The notes: generated by a model from the letters alone, not told the origin. Positions 1-9,502 are shown, numbered from the stretch's first letter. The stretch: 64,000 bases of DNA from Bacillota bacterium (GCA_017438285.1 JAFRVY010000125.1:7687-71686); one strand, 5' to 3'. A program made the numbers and translations.

Positions 1-766
1 TCTTGCCCAGACTCGCGCAGACTTCGTCGATGCTCATCTCGCCCTTCTCCTTGAGCAGGCTGAAAACCGCATATTCCATGTCGCTGAGTTTGGCTTTTGC
101 CTCTTCCTCACTTGTCTGATTCAGCCCCAGAACATCGAGGATATCGGTGACACTTATGATCGGTGTTGCCCCTTCTTTGATCAGTTTATTCGATCCCAGA
201 TTGTACTGGCTGTCGATGTTTCCCGGCACTGCCATGACCTCTCTTCCCTGCTCGGCGGCGAGCTCTGCCGTGATGAGAGAGCCGCTTCTGTTCCGCGCCT
301 GCACAACGACCGTCACTTCCGACAGGCCGCTGATAATCCGGTTCCTGTTCGGAAAGTTATATTTCTCTGCCCTGGTTCCCGGTTCGTATTCCGTGAGCAA
401 AAGCCCCTTCTTTTCGATTTCCTCCATGAGTATCCGATTCTCCGGCGGGTAACAGATGTCCAGGCCGCACCCGAGGACAGCTGCTGTTTTGCCGCCCGCT
501 GCCAGAACACTTTTGTGGACGCAGGTATCGATGCCCCGCGCCATACCGCTGATGACACACACATCCTTTCCGGCCAGTTGGCGCGCGATCTTCTCTGCGG
601 TCGACCGCCCGTAGGTGTTGGTCGTGCGCGAGCCGACGACGGACACGCACCTGCCTGAAAGCAGACTGATGTCACCTGCGTAATAGAGTTTCTTCGGTTT
701 GTTCTTGATTTGCCGCAGACGCTCCGGGTATTCCGGCATGTCCGGCGTCATGATCTTCATCTCCAT
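1..766 (-). CDS. dprA: DNA-processing protein DprA (3' end outside window; not in ORF track)
   Basis: Manual translation: MEMKIMTPDMPEYPERLRQIKNKPKKLYYAGD...VSVVGSR...VISGMARGIDT...AVLGCGLDICYPPEN...FPNRNRIISGLS; directly downstream of comM. Confidence 0.93.
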   Translation of the reverse strand, partial: MEMKIMTPDMPEYPERLRQIKNKPKKLYYAGDISLLSGRCVSVVGSRTTNTYGRSTAEKIARQLAGKDVCVISGMARGIDTCVHKSVLAAGGKTAAVLGCGLDICYPPENRILMEEIEKKGLLLTEYEPGTRAEKYNFPNRNRIISGLSEVTVVVQARNRSGSLITAELAAEQGREVMAVPGNIDSQYNLGSNKLIKEGATPIISVTDILDVLGLNQTSEEEAKAKLSDMEYAVFSLLKEKGEMSIDEVCASLGK

Positions 767-779
767 CCCTGTTTCAACC

Positions 780-2294
780 TCATTCCTCCAGATCCACGCG
801 ATACAGCAAAGCCTCCGCGATGTGTTCCTCCCGGATTTCCTCGCCGCCGTTGATATCCGCGATGGTTCTGGCCATCTTCAAAATCTTATTGTATCCCCGC
901 AAGGTCAGCCCCAGCTTATCGTAAGCGCGGTTCATCAGCTGGCTGCAATTCTCGTCGAGTTTGCAAAATCGTTTGATGCCGTGGTCATCCAATGTGCCGT
1001 TATCTGTGTATCCTGTCCCTGCATATCTAAGCCTTTGCACCTCACGGGCGGCGGATACGATGTCCCGCATCTGCGCTGAAGACATGCATGGGCCGCTGCC
1101 CCTTGCCGTCAGTTGCTCCTTTGGTACTCTGCCGACCTTGATATGCATATCGATCCTATCGGCGAAAGGTCCCATGAGCTTGCGCCGGTGGCTCTCAAGT
1201 TGCTGGTGGGTGCAGGTGCAGAGTTTCCTGTCGTCCCACAGGTTGCCGCATTTACAAGGATTAGCAGCGATGACCAGCATGACCTGAGCCGGGAAGATCA
1301 CGTCCTGGAAGTTTCTCGTGATGTGGACGATGCCGTCCTCGATGGGCTGCCGCATGGCGTCTATGGCTTTGGATTCGAATTCGCCCAGTTCATCCAGAAA
1401 CAGCACGCCGCGGTGCGCCAGGGACAGCTCTCCGGGCCGCGGTCTGCCCCCGCCGCCAATCAAACCGGTCGCTGTAATCGTGTGATGGGGACTTCGGAAA
1501 GGCCGCTCGCTGATCAGCGGCTGTTTCTCAGACAAAAGTCCCGCGACGCTGTATATGCCGGTGATCTCCAGTTTCTCGTCATAGGTGAGCTCCGGCAGTA
1601 TGGTCGGCAGCCGCTTTGCCATCATGGTCTTGCCGCATCCCGGACCGCCCATCATGAGGATGCCGTGATTGCCCGCAGCGCCGATCATGATCGCCCGCTT
1701 GGTGCTCTCCTGACCGATGACCTGGGCGTAATCGATCTCGTGTTTTTTCTCGTGCCGTTTCTCCTCGCCGGTGTAGGGAGCGATCACTCTCGTTCCCATG
1801 GCGTATTCGGCTGCTTCCATGAGCCTGCTTACCGGAAGGATATTAATATCCTTGAGAATCGCCGCCTCGCAAGCGTTCGCTGCGGGCAAAACCAGATTCT
1901 TCACGCCTGCAGTCCGCAGGCATATGGCTAGCGGGAGCGCGCCGCGGATCGGATTGATGGTCCCGTCCAGAGACACTTCTCCCAGGAATGCCGTGTCGTT
2001 CAGTTCTTTGTTCTCCTGCCCCAGCATCATGATACCCAGTGCGATGGGCAGATCAAAGTGACTGCCTTCCTTTGGCTTGCCTGCTGGAACCAGATTGACG
2101 GTCACCCGTTCTCTCGGAAACCGGAACCCGCAGTTCATGATTGCAGGTTTAATCCGCTGACAGGATTCCCGAATGGTCATATCCGCCAGTCCCACGATGT
2201 TCAGTCCCGGCATCCCGTTGTGTAGATCCGTTTCCACCGTAACGGGATAGCCGTCTACGCCCATGAGCGTGGCTGTTTTGATTTTTGTCAGCAT
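780..2294 (-). CDS. comM: YifB/ComM Mg-chelatase-like AAA+ ATPase
   Basis: VNLVPA, GSHFDLPIA, GGPGCGKT, PFRSPHHT, GELSLAHRGVLFLDE, NPCKCG, ARTIAD. Confidence 0.95.
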   Translation of the reverse strand: MLTKIKTATLMGVDGYPVTVETDLHNGMPGLNIVGLADMTIRESCQRIKPAIMNCGFRFPRERVTVNLVPAGKPKEGSHFDLPIALGIMMLGQENKELNDTAFLGEVSLDGTINPIRGALPLAICLRTAGVKNLVLPAANACEAAILKDINILPVSRLMEAAEYAMGTRVIAPYTGEEKRHEKKHEIDYAQVIGQESTKRAIMIGAAGNHGILMMGGPGCGKTMMAKRLPTILPELTYDEKLEITGIYSVAGLLSEKQPLISERPFRSPHHTITATGLIGGGGRPRPGELSLAHRGVLFLDELGEFESKAIDAMRQPIEDGIVHITRNFQDVIFPAQVMLVIAANPCKCGNLWDDRKLCTCTHQQLESHRRKLMGPFADRIDMHIKVGRVPKEQLTARGSGPCMSSAQMRDIVSAAREVQRLRYAGTGYTDNGTLDDHGIKRFCKLDENCSQLMNRAYDKLGLTLRGYNKILKMARTIADINGGEEIREEHIAEALLYRVDLEE

Positions 2295-2302
2295 AGTTCC
2301 TC

Positions 2303-2641
2303 CTAAAATGCGTTCTCCGTCTGCTCAAAGGTTACTTCCATGATCTGAAAGTTATAGGTTCTCGGGACATATCCCTTCTCCCGTATCTCATTGAGATAGC
2401 AGCGGGCTGCCTTCCTGATATGCCTTTGCTTCTCTTCATCCACCGCTTCGCTGGGCCATCCGAACTTCAGGCTTTGCCTGGTCTTGACCTCCACGAAGCT
2501 CATGTCGCCGTATTTCTCCGCGATGATGTCGATCTCGCCGTGTTTGCATCTATAGTTCCTCTTGAGTATGGTGTATCCCTTCGCCCTGAGCACATCGGCC
2601 GCCGCATTCTCGCCAATCTGCCCCACCAGTTGTTTGTTCAT
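2303..2641 (-). CDS. yraN: YraN family nuclease (UPF0102)
   Basis: GQIGENAAA..L..KGY.IL.RNYRC..GEIDII..FVEVKTR; start moved to ATG 2641 after GAGGTGAGG. Confidence 0.92.
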   Translation of the reverse strand: MNKQLVGQIGENAAADVLRAKGYTILKRNYRCKHGEIDIIAEKYGDMSFVEVKTRQSLKFGWPSEAVDEEKQRHIRKAARCYLNEIREKGYVPRTYNFQIMEVTFEQTENAF

Positions 2642-2679
2642 CTTCCTCACCTCTTTTGGTAAATATTTCCATTTCCCAT

Positions 2680-2708
2680 ATTATACACGTTAACTCTGCA
2701 CCTGTCAA
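2680..2708 (-). promoter_or_regulatory. Consensus sigma-A promoter of yraN-comM-dprA
   Basis: Minus strand TTGACA-17 nt-TATAAT. Confidence 0.8.
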
Positions 2709-2738
2709 TATTTTCCAGTTCCGCATTTGTTTATTACG

Positions 2739-2796
2739 GACATGCCGGAGATGTGCCCGCTCACGGTCCTTGTCGCGGGCACATCTCCGGCACGTC
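2739..2796. repeat. GC-rich inverted repeat (18-bp perfect arms, extendable to 22; 14-nt loop)
   Basis: TGCCGGAGATGTGCCCGC (2743-2760) / GCGGGCACATCTCCGGCA (2775-2792). Confidence 0.85.
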
Positions 2797-2807
2797 TGCA
2801 ACTAAAA

Positions 2808-2834
2808 CAAAAGGGCTGTAAGACAGCCCTTTTG
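2808..2834 (-). terminator. Intrinsic terminator after ABC permease (symmetric)
   Basis: CAAAAGGGCTGT-aag-ACAGCCCTTTTG. Confidence 0.75.
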
Positions 2835-2857
2835 CAATGCTTTTGCTATGATTATGT

Positions 2858-3688
2858 TTACAGCAGGTTCAGTTTCCGGCTCATGATCCTCTCGGTAACG
2901 ATGTGGAAGATCACCAGCTGGATTGCCTCGACCACGAAGCAGAACAGCATGACGACTTGTTCAAATGCTGTCACATTCGCGGACAGATTCGAAATCCATT
3001 CATCGAGTCCCAGCAGGCTTCCGAAGAATACGCCCAGCATAGCGATGATGGAAAGAACGGTTCCGATGCCGATGTACGCGCCAAGCGCCAGCAGAATGCG
3101 GTAGCGGTTGACCAGCTGTCCAATTGCCAGTGAAGCGTAGATCTGATAAACGGATTTCAGTATGCCCAGGATGGCAATGATGATGCCTTCAACAACCAGC
3201 AGCGGCATAAGCTTTTCTGTATGCATGAATGCTGCGATATCCTGCATGATCTGTGCGATAGAAACGTGATTGATCGTGCTTACTACCATGAATCCGGAGA
3301 TAGCAACCAGAATGCTGCTGCCGAGTACGGCAAGTGCTGCGACAACGCCTTTGGATGTGATCAGCTGCCATTCCTTGACCGGCAATGTATGCATCAGATA
3401 CCCTTCGTCACCAAGCAATCCCCTGTGGAACCGCAGGATGACGATTGCAATCGTCAGCACGACCAACGCAACCATCAAAGCGACATATACCAGCCAGGCG
3501 GCTATATGCACGATTGCTGAAATGACTTCCGCAACCCTTGTCGAATCCATGAATGCTGCATATGAATCCATTCCGGACACAGCGTATATAATGCACATGA
3601 GAATTGTCATGGCCATCAGCGCCGCCCATACGATGAGCAGGTGCCGGAAGCTGGATCGCATTTCAAATTTGATTAATCTTCCAGTCAT
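2858..3688 (-). CDS. ABC-2-type permease
   Basis: About 6 TM segments; EGYLMHTLPVK..QLI.SK motif; overlaps the ATPase gene. Confidence 0.85.
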   Translation of the reverse strand: MTGRLIKFEMRSSFRHLLIVWAALMAMTILMCIIYAVSGMDSYAAFMDSTRVAEVISAIVHIAAWLVYVALMVALVVLTIAIVILRFHRGLLGDEGYLMHTLPVKEWQLITSKGVVAALAVLGSSILVAISGFMVVSTINHVSIAQIMQDIAAFMHTEKLMPLLVVEGIIIAILGILKSVYQIYASLAIGQLVNRYRILLALGAYIGIGTVLSIIAMLGVFFGSLLGLDEWISNLSANVTAFEQVVMLFCFVVEAIQLVIFHIVTERIMSRKLNLL

Positions 3689-4419
3689 CTCATTTCTCCC
3701 CCTTCATATATCGGAACCATGCGGAAATCCTCTTTGAAAAGCTCATCGATGGATTTTCCTTCTCTCATTCTGATGTCATCTACCGCTTCGTGGCGGATGA
3801 CTCTTCCTTCCCGCAGGAAGACAACTTCATCAAGGATCTTCTCGATATCTGTAATCAGATGAGTGGATATAAGAATTGTTCCTTCCTCATTGTAGTTATT
3901 GATAATGGTGTTGAGAATATAATCTCTTGCTGCCGGGTCAACGCCGGCAATTGGTTCATCCAGCAGATACAGCTCTGCATTGCGGCTCATAACCAGGATC
4001 AGCTGGATCTTTTCTCTGGTGCCTTTGGACATTTCCTTGATGCGGTCAGTCGGGTGGATTCCCAGGTAGCCGCACATGGTTTCGGCCTTTGCACGGTCGA
4101 AGTCCATGTAAAATCCCTCGAACATGTCCAGTAGGTCATTGACCTTCATCCAATCTGCGAAATAGCTCTTATCCGGCAGATAGCTGATGATGGATTTTGT
4201 ATAAGTTCCTGGCATAGCGCCGCTGATGGCGCATGTGCCGGTCGTCGGCTGCAGCAATCCGTTCAGGATCTTGATCAGGGTCGTCTTGCCGCTTCCGTTT
4301 GGTCCGAGAAGGCCAATAACCTTGCCTCTGCCAAGCGTCAGGTCGACGTTCTGAAGGGCAATTCTGCCGTTGAAGGATTTGCCCAGCCCTCTGCATTCAA
4401 CTAAAGCATTCGTATTCAT
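3685..4419 (-). CDS. ABC transporter ATP-binding protein (YtrB/YhcG-like)
   Basis: GPNGSGKT, MSKG signature, LLDEP, STH. Confidence 0.93.
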   Translation of the reverse strand: MNTNALVECRGLGKSFNGRIALQNVDLTLGRGKVIGLLGPNGSGKTTLIKILNGLLQPTTGTCAISGAMPGTYTKSIISYLPDKSYFADWMKVNDLLDMFEGFYMDFDRAKAETMCGYLGIHPTDRIKEMSKGTREKIQLILVMSRNAELYLLDEPIAGVDPAARDYILNTIINNYNEEGTILISTHLITDIEKILDEVVFLREGRVIRHEAVDDIRMREGKSIDELFKEDFRMVPIYEGGEMR

Positions 4420-4424
4420 CTATG

Positions 4425-4802
4425 TTATTCCCCTTTCTCTACATCGCTATCGGATCCACGCATCAAGCTGATAATCTCCTCCATGGTGAATCCCATGTCT
4501 TCCATTTCCTGTCTGAAGCTGACGATTTTTTCTTTTGCAATCTTTCCCCTGGTCAGCTTGATCAGATTCTCGTCCATTGTTACGGTCCTCCCCGATGTTC
4601 TGTTCGTGATTACAAGTCCCTCATTCTCCAATTCCGACAGTGCTCTCTGCATGGTGTTTCTGTTCACCTTTGCGTCTTCCGCCAAATCTCTGACGGTTGG
4701 GAATGGACTGCCCATCGGATATTTTCCGGCTACAATGTCGCGCATGAGCTGCTCTTTGATTTGCGGCCAGATCGGACGGCTGTCATCAATTTTCCATTCC
4801 AT
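4425..4802 (-). CDS. GntR family regulator, YtrA subfamily
   Basis: 125 aa; PIW.QI, PTVRDLA..VNRNTMQRAL..LE; heads an ABC operon. Confidence 0.92.
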   Translation of the reverse strand: MEWKIDDSRPIWPQIKEQLMRDIVAGKYPMGSPFPTVRDLAEDAKVNRNTMQRALSELENEGLVITNRTSGRTVTMDENLIKLTRGKIAKEKIVSFRQEMEDMGFTMEEIISLMRGSDSDVEKGE

Positions 4803-4912
4803 TATCTGCTCCCCTTTCCTATGTTACGTGTCATTTTCATTAACCTCACGTTTTCGTGCGTCATCTGACGCTTCTCATTTAACTCTATTGGATTTGCAAA
4901 TCTAAATCGTTC

Positions 4913-4946
4913 GTATTATTGTCCTAAGCACTTAGGACAATAATAC
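4913..4946. promoter_or_regulatory. Probable YtrA-type operator, perfect 16-bp inverted repeat
   Basis: GTATTATTGTCCTAAG-ca-CTTAGGACAATAATAC, overlapping the predicted -10 and start site. Confidence 0.82.
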
Positions 4947-4973
4947 AGTAACACTCCTTTTTTGATCTGTCAA
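4945..4973 (-). promoter_or_regulatory. Sigma-A promoter of the GntR-ABC operon
   Basis: TTGACA-17 nt-TACTGT with TGn extension. Confidence 0.65.
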
Positions 4974-4998
4974 CACCTTTTTCAAAAAACGTCGCAAT

Positions 4999-5033
4999 AA
5001 AAAAAACGAAACGGAATCAGATTCTCCGTTTCG
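4999..5033 (-). terminator. Intrinsic terminator after HAD gene
   Basis: CGAAACGGA/TCCGTTTCG stem followed by a T8 run on the minus strand. Confidence 0.8.
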
Positions 5034-5066
5034 CTTTCATTTCATATTGTGCAATCTGTTTGCTCC

Positions 5067-5888
5067 CTACAGCACGAACCTGTTGACTGCATCGGCCACG
5101 CCGTCGTCATTGTTGGACGGCGCCACGTACTTGGCGATCTCCTTGACTTCAGGTTTAGCATTGCCGACGGCAACCGGCATCCCTGCCACGCTGAGCATGG
5201 CCATGTCGTTCGGACTGTCGCCCACTGCCATCATCTCATCCGTCGAGATGCCAAGGAGCTTGCCCATCTGTCTGAGGGCATCGGCTTTGCTCGTTGTCGC
5301 GCCGCCGATTTCCAGATTGTGATCGAAAGAGCTGGTGATGGTCGCTTCCGGCAGGGTCTCGAGGAGTTCCTTCATAGCAGGCTTTTCGCTGATATCGGTG
5401 AAGTTGACGTTGATATTCTCCAACCGGTCTTTGTTTTCGATCATGAAACTGTAGAAGTCGTCGATCGGATTCCTGGTCCGCAGGATGTAATCGACGCCGC
5501 GGAAACTCTCCCGCGTCTCTTCGACCTGCCGGTAGTACCAGCCTTCAATGTAGGCCACGCCGTCCACGAAGGTCTCCAGAATGTAGTCCAAAGGCTCGAG
5601 CATTTCAACCGCCGCTTCAACGGCCTTCGGTGACAGGCAGTTCTCATAAAAAGCCTTGCCCTCGTGGAGATCTGTGATTCTGGCGCCGTTGGATGTTAGG
5701 ACATAGCGGATCGGATCGAAGTCCAGAATCTCCTGCGGCAGCGCACAAAAAGGCCTGCCGGTTGCGATGACGATGCTGACACCGTTATCGGCCGCAGCCT
5801 GAAGCGCGTTGCGGTTTTCTTCGCTCAATTTTCCTTCATTATTAAGTGTTGTTCCGTCAAGATCGAGTGCGATCAGTTTGATTGCCAT
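5067..5888 (-). CDS. Cof-type HAD-IIB hydrolase
   Basis: DLDGTT, ATGR, SNGA, SKADAL, GDSPND. Confidence 0.93.
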   Translation of the reverse strand: MAIKLIALDLDGTTLNNEGKLSEENRNALQAAADNGVSIVIATGRPFCALPQEILDFDPIRYVLTSNGARITDLHEGKAFYENCLSPKAVEAAVEMLEPLDYILETFVDGVAYIEGWYYRQVEETRESFRGVDYILRTRNPIDDFYSFMIENKDRLENINVNFTDISEKPAMKELLETLPEATITSSFDHNLEIGGATTSKADALRQMGKLLGISTDEMMAVGDSPNDMAMLSVAGMPVAVGNAKPEVKEIAKYVAPSNNDDGVADAVNRFVL

Positions 5889-5889
5889 C

Positions 5890-6528
5890 TTACAGTTGCT
5901 CCTGATTATTGTAGTCTTCCATGATCTGGAGGTATTCCAGATTGATCTTTCGTACCGTCTTCATCGTTGCCGGATCTCCGTGCCCCGGATAGATGGTCAT
6001 ATCGTTCGGCCACTTGTCCACGATGTTGATGATACTGCGCGTCATCTCGGTATAGGAACCGTCTTCCAAGTCGGTCCTGCCGAGATCGATGTTGAATATA
6101 GTGTCGCCGGTAAACGCCACCCTGTCCTTCTCGGAAATCAGGCAGATACTGCCCTTCGTGTGTCCCGGCGTGTTTTTGACCAAAAGCCTGACGCCGCCGT
6201 CTGCCGCAGAGGTGCCGCCCGTTTCGAGGACATCTCCGTCCTCCAGATATTCATCCACATGCTTGAGGCAGCTGTCCGCATCCAGCCGGTGGATCATGAT
6301 CGGGCAGTCGAGTTCCTTCTGGATTCGCTCCGCTCCGCCAACATGATCGTAATGGTGGTGCGTCAGAAGGATGCCCTGCACATTCAGGTCATGCTCCTTC
6401 ACGTATTTTATGTATTTTTTAGGTACGTATCCCGGGTCGATGATGAAGCAGTCATCGTGCTCTTCCTGCGAGGAGACGATGTAGCCGTTGCTTTCCAGAA
6501 TACCGCCTATGATTCTATGGATTTTCAC
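5890..6528 (-). CDS. Metallo-beta-lactamase-fold hydrolase (glyoxalase II-like)
   Basis: IIDPG, THHHYDH, TPGHT, FTGD, YPGHG; GTG start after GGAGG. Confidence 0.92.
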   Translation of the reverse strand: MKIHRIIGGILESNGYIVSSQEEHDDCFIIDPGYVPKKYIKYVKEHDLNVQGILLTHHHYDHVGGAERIQKELDCPIMIHRLDADSCLKHVDEYLEDGDVLETGGTSAADGGVRLLVKNTPGHTKGSICLISEKDRVAFTGDTIFNIDLGRTDLEDGSYTEMTRSIINIVDKWPNDMTIYPGHGDPATMKTVRKINLEYLQIMEDYNNQEQL

Positions 6529-6586
6529 TGAGATATCCCTCCGTTACAATAGTATATTGTACCATGCTAAAAACTTCCGTAGCAAC

Positions 6587-6614
6587 TTGAAATCCATATA
6601 AACGGGTGTATAAT
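6587..6614 (+). promoter_or_regulatory. Sigma-A promoter of the trk operon
   Basis: TTGAAA-16 nt-TATAAT. Confidence 0.6.
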
Positions 6615-6642
6615 GTTGGTATTTGAGTGAAAGGAAACCGAT

Positions 6643-8010
6643 ATGAAAGTTGCTATCGTCGGTGCCGGCAAACTCGGCACTAAAGTCGCAACGACACTGC
6701 TTGATGGAAATCATGCAGTAACGCTGATCGACACTGATAAAGAAACACTCCAGAAGGTGTCTTCACATCTGGATATCATGACAGTAAACGCGAACGCGAA
6801 GGAGACCAAGGTCCTTAAGAATATAGGGATCCCATCCTTTGATTTTTTGATTGCCACGACAGGCAGTGACGAGACGAATATCATCATTGCAGCCTTTGCG
6901 AAAAAGCTCGGTTGCGAGCGCGTCCTCGCGAGGGTCAGAGATCCTGAACACATGCAGCAGCTGCAGTTCATCAAGGACCTCATGAACATCGACTACATCG
7001 TCAACCCGGATATGGGCATCACCGTTGAAATCTACAAATACCTCGCTGAAAAATACACCCTCAGCAACGGAATCTTTTCGAGCGGCAAAATCTCCCTGCT
7101 GGAGTTCAACGTCAACAAATATAAGCAGTTGATCGACATGCCGATCACCGGATTCTCCGATGTGCTTCCGAACATGTTGGTCGTAGCCATCTCCAGAAAC
7201 GGCAAGGTCATCATTCCGCACGGAAATGATGTCATCAGAGAGAACGATTTTCTCTATGTCGTAGGCGAAAAGGAACCGATTCAGGAACTGAATAAAAAAG
7301 TGCACGTACGAGGCAAATATACAGACCTGCAAAAGGTCATGATCATGGGCGGCGGCAAGACCGGTTTCTATCTTGCCAAGATGCTCTCCGAATTCGGCGC
7401 AGCAGTCAAGGTCATCGAAACTGACAGAGAACGCTGCTACTACCTGTCGACCCACCTTGACGATGTCATGGTGCTTCACGGTGATGCGACCGATCTGAGT
7501 CTCCTTGAAGAGGAGAACATGGATGGCATGGATGCTGTCGTTACCGCTACCGGTTTCGATGAGGATAACCTGCTTCTCGCGCTGACGGCCAAGATGCACG
7601 GTGTCGAAGACGTTATCGCCAAAGTCAGCAGAACGAGTTACGCCGAGATCATTTCCCTCATGGGAATCGACATGGCGCTGAATCCGCTCGATATTACGAC
7701 GAGCACGATCATCAGGCTGGTACAGGGAAACAAGAAGGTTCTCTCCTCGCAGCTCATCCAGGGCCAGGCGGAGATCATGGAAATCATCGCAACACCGGAC
7801 ATGAAGTTCCTCAACACGCCACTTAAGGATCTGAATCTGCCGAACAGCATCATCATCGCAGCGATTCACCGCGGACATGAAGTTATTATCCCGAACGGCG
7901 AAACCAGCATCAGGAAGGATGACCGTGTTATCATGCTCAGCCTGCTGAGCGATATTTCAAGCACGGAAAAATTCTTGAACAGTACCGGAAAGACAGGCTT
8001 TTTCAAATAA
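6643..8010 (+). CDS. trkA: Trk K+ uptake regulatory subunit (two RCK repeats)
   Basis: GAGKLG and GGGKTG Rossmann motifs, two IIP.G RCK-C segments, 455 aa. Confidence 0.95.
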   Translation: MKVAIVGAGKLGTKVATTLLDGNHAVTLIDTDKETLQKVSSHLDIMTVNANAKETKVLKNIGIPSFDFLIATTGSDETNIIIAAFAKKLGCERVLARVRDPEHMQQLQFIKDLMNIDYIVNPDMGITVEIYKYLAEKYTLSNGIFSSGKISLLEFNVNKYKQLIDMPITGFSDVLPNMLVVAISRNGKVIIPHGNDVIRENDFLYVVGEKEPIQELNKKVHVRGKYTDLQKVMIMGGGKTGFYLAKMLSEFGAAVKVIETDRERCYYLSTHLDDVMVLHGDATDLSLLEEENMDGMDAVVTATGFDEDNLLLALTAKMHGVEDVIAKVSRTSYAEIISLMGIDMALNPLDITTSTIIRLVQGNKKVLSSQLIQGQAEIMEIIATPDMKFLNTPLKDLNLPNSIIIAAIHRGHEVIIPNGETSIRKDDRVIMLSLLSDISSTEKFLNSTGKTGFFK

Positions 8011-8022
8011 AAAGGTGTTTTT

Positions 8023-9486
8023 ATGAGTCTGACTTTTAAATACCTGACAAGAACAACGGGTATAGCATTATTGATTGTTGGCATCGCTATGGTGCCGGCA
8101 CTCGCTGTATCTCTCATATATCACGAAACATCCATCGCTATCGCGTTTCTGAAAGTGTTTCCCGGCTCTATCATCATCGGCGTGATGATGTACAAAAGCT
8201 TCAAACACAGTTTCTCAAGACTCGTCATCAGCGATGGTCTTCTTATGGTTATCTGGGGATGGTTCATCGCGGCACTGGTCGGATGCCTGCCGTACCTTTT
8301 GAGCGGCGCGGTCCCTTCCTTTATCGACGGCTTTTTTGAATCCGTTTCCGGATTCACCACGACGGGAGCGACCATCTTCACCGAAGTCGACGCAGTACCT
8401 CACGGACTCCTCTTCTGGCGTTCCTCGACCAGCTGGCTGGGCGGCATTGCCATTCTGCTTCTTGCGATACCCCTCTTCCCTTCTCTGGGACTCTCGGGAC
8501 AAAGTATCGTAGCGAAGGAAACGAGCGGTCCGATTCTCGAGAAACCAACGCCTTACAGAAAGAAACTCTCACTGACACTCATTTACATTTATCTGACGCT
8601 GACTGCTGTGGAGATCATTCTCCTGTGCTTCGGCGGCATGGGTGTTTTTGATGCTTTCATCCACTCCTTCGGAAGTGTCAGCACCGGCGGTTTCTCCAGC
8701 CACAATGACAGTATCGCCTTCTTTGGCAGCACATATATTAAGGTAGTCATTACAGTCTTCATGGTGCTGTGCGGCGTAAATTTCAACCTCTACTTCAACC
8801 TCATCAGGCGCGGTCCTTCCGCCCTGCATGGAGATTCCGAGTTGAGACTGTACGCCTTCCTGATCATTCTTTCGGCAGTCGTGGTCTTTCTCGGACTGAG
8901 GTTCGGTGCACATGCGCCGGATGTAGACAATATCGCAGTCGATTCCGTTTTCCAGACGGCAGCCATTTTAACTACGACAGGATACACGGTCGGCAACTAC
9001 GAAAACTGGCCGCAGATCTGTCAGGCAGTCCTGCTGCTGCTCATGTTCATCGGCGCGTGCGCGTCATCGGCAGGAGGCGGACTAAAAGTGATCAGAGTCG
9101 TTATGCTGGCCAAACTCATTGCCCACGGCGTATCCATGAGACTGCACCCGCAGTATTACGAGGCCATCAAGGTAAATAACAGCAATGTTTCTCCGGACAT
9201 CATGTCCGGCGTTTGCAACTACACCCTGCTCTATGCATCTATGGTCATTTTGGGATCCATTGCCGTTTCCTTCGAAACGAACGACATGATGACGGCATTC
9301 ACATCTGTCGTTTCCTGCATTGGAAACATCGGACCTTGTTTCGAGATCATCGGATCCAGCGGATGCTATGAGAGTTTCGGCGCTTTTTCCAAGACTATAC
9401 TGTCCCTGCTGATGGTTGCGGGAAGACTTGAGCTTTACACGTTCTTTATTCTCTTCTCGCCGCATTACTGGACACAGAAATATTAA
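8023..9486 (+). CDS. trkH: Trk K+ uptake membrane protein, copy 1
   Basis: FESVSGFTTTG, STGGF, TTTGY, GNIGP, GRLE. Confidence 0.94.
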   Translation: MSLTFKYLTRTTGIALLIVGIAMVPALAVSLIYHETSIAIAFLKVFPGSIIIGVMMYKSFKHSFSRLVISDGLLMVIWGWFIAALVGCLPYLLSGAVPSFIDGFFESVSGFTTTGATIFTEVDAVPHGLLFWRSSTSWLGGIAILLLAIPLFPSLGLSGQSIVAKETSGPILEKPTPYRKKLSLTLIYIYLTLTAVEIILLCFGGMGVFDAFIHSFGSVSTGGFSSHNDSIAFFGSTYIKVVITVFMVLCGVNFNLYFNLIRRGPSALHGDSELRLYAFLIILSAVVVFLGLRFGAHAPDVDNIAVDSVFQTAAILTTTGYTVGNYENWPQICQAVLLLLMFIGACASSAGGGLKVIRVVMLAKLIAHGVSMRLHPQYYEAIKVNNSNVSPDIMSGVCNYTLLYASMVILGSIAVSFETNDMMTAFTSVVSCIGNIGPCFEIIGSSGCYESFGAFSKTILSLLMVAGRLELYTFFILFSPHYWTQKY

Positions 9487-9502
9487 ACGCAGAGTACTTG
9501 AT

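Noticed and set aside
6529-6642. Possible c-di-AMP riboswitch before trkA
   Set aside because: The promoter lies within about 30 nt of the ATG, leaving no room, and no structure is visible.
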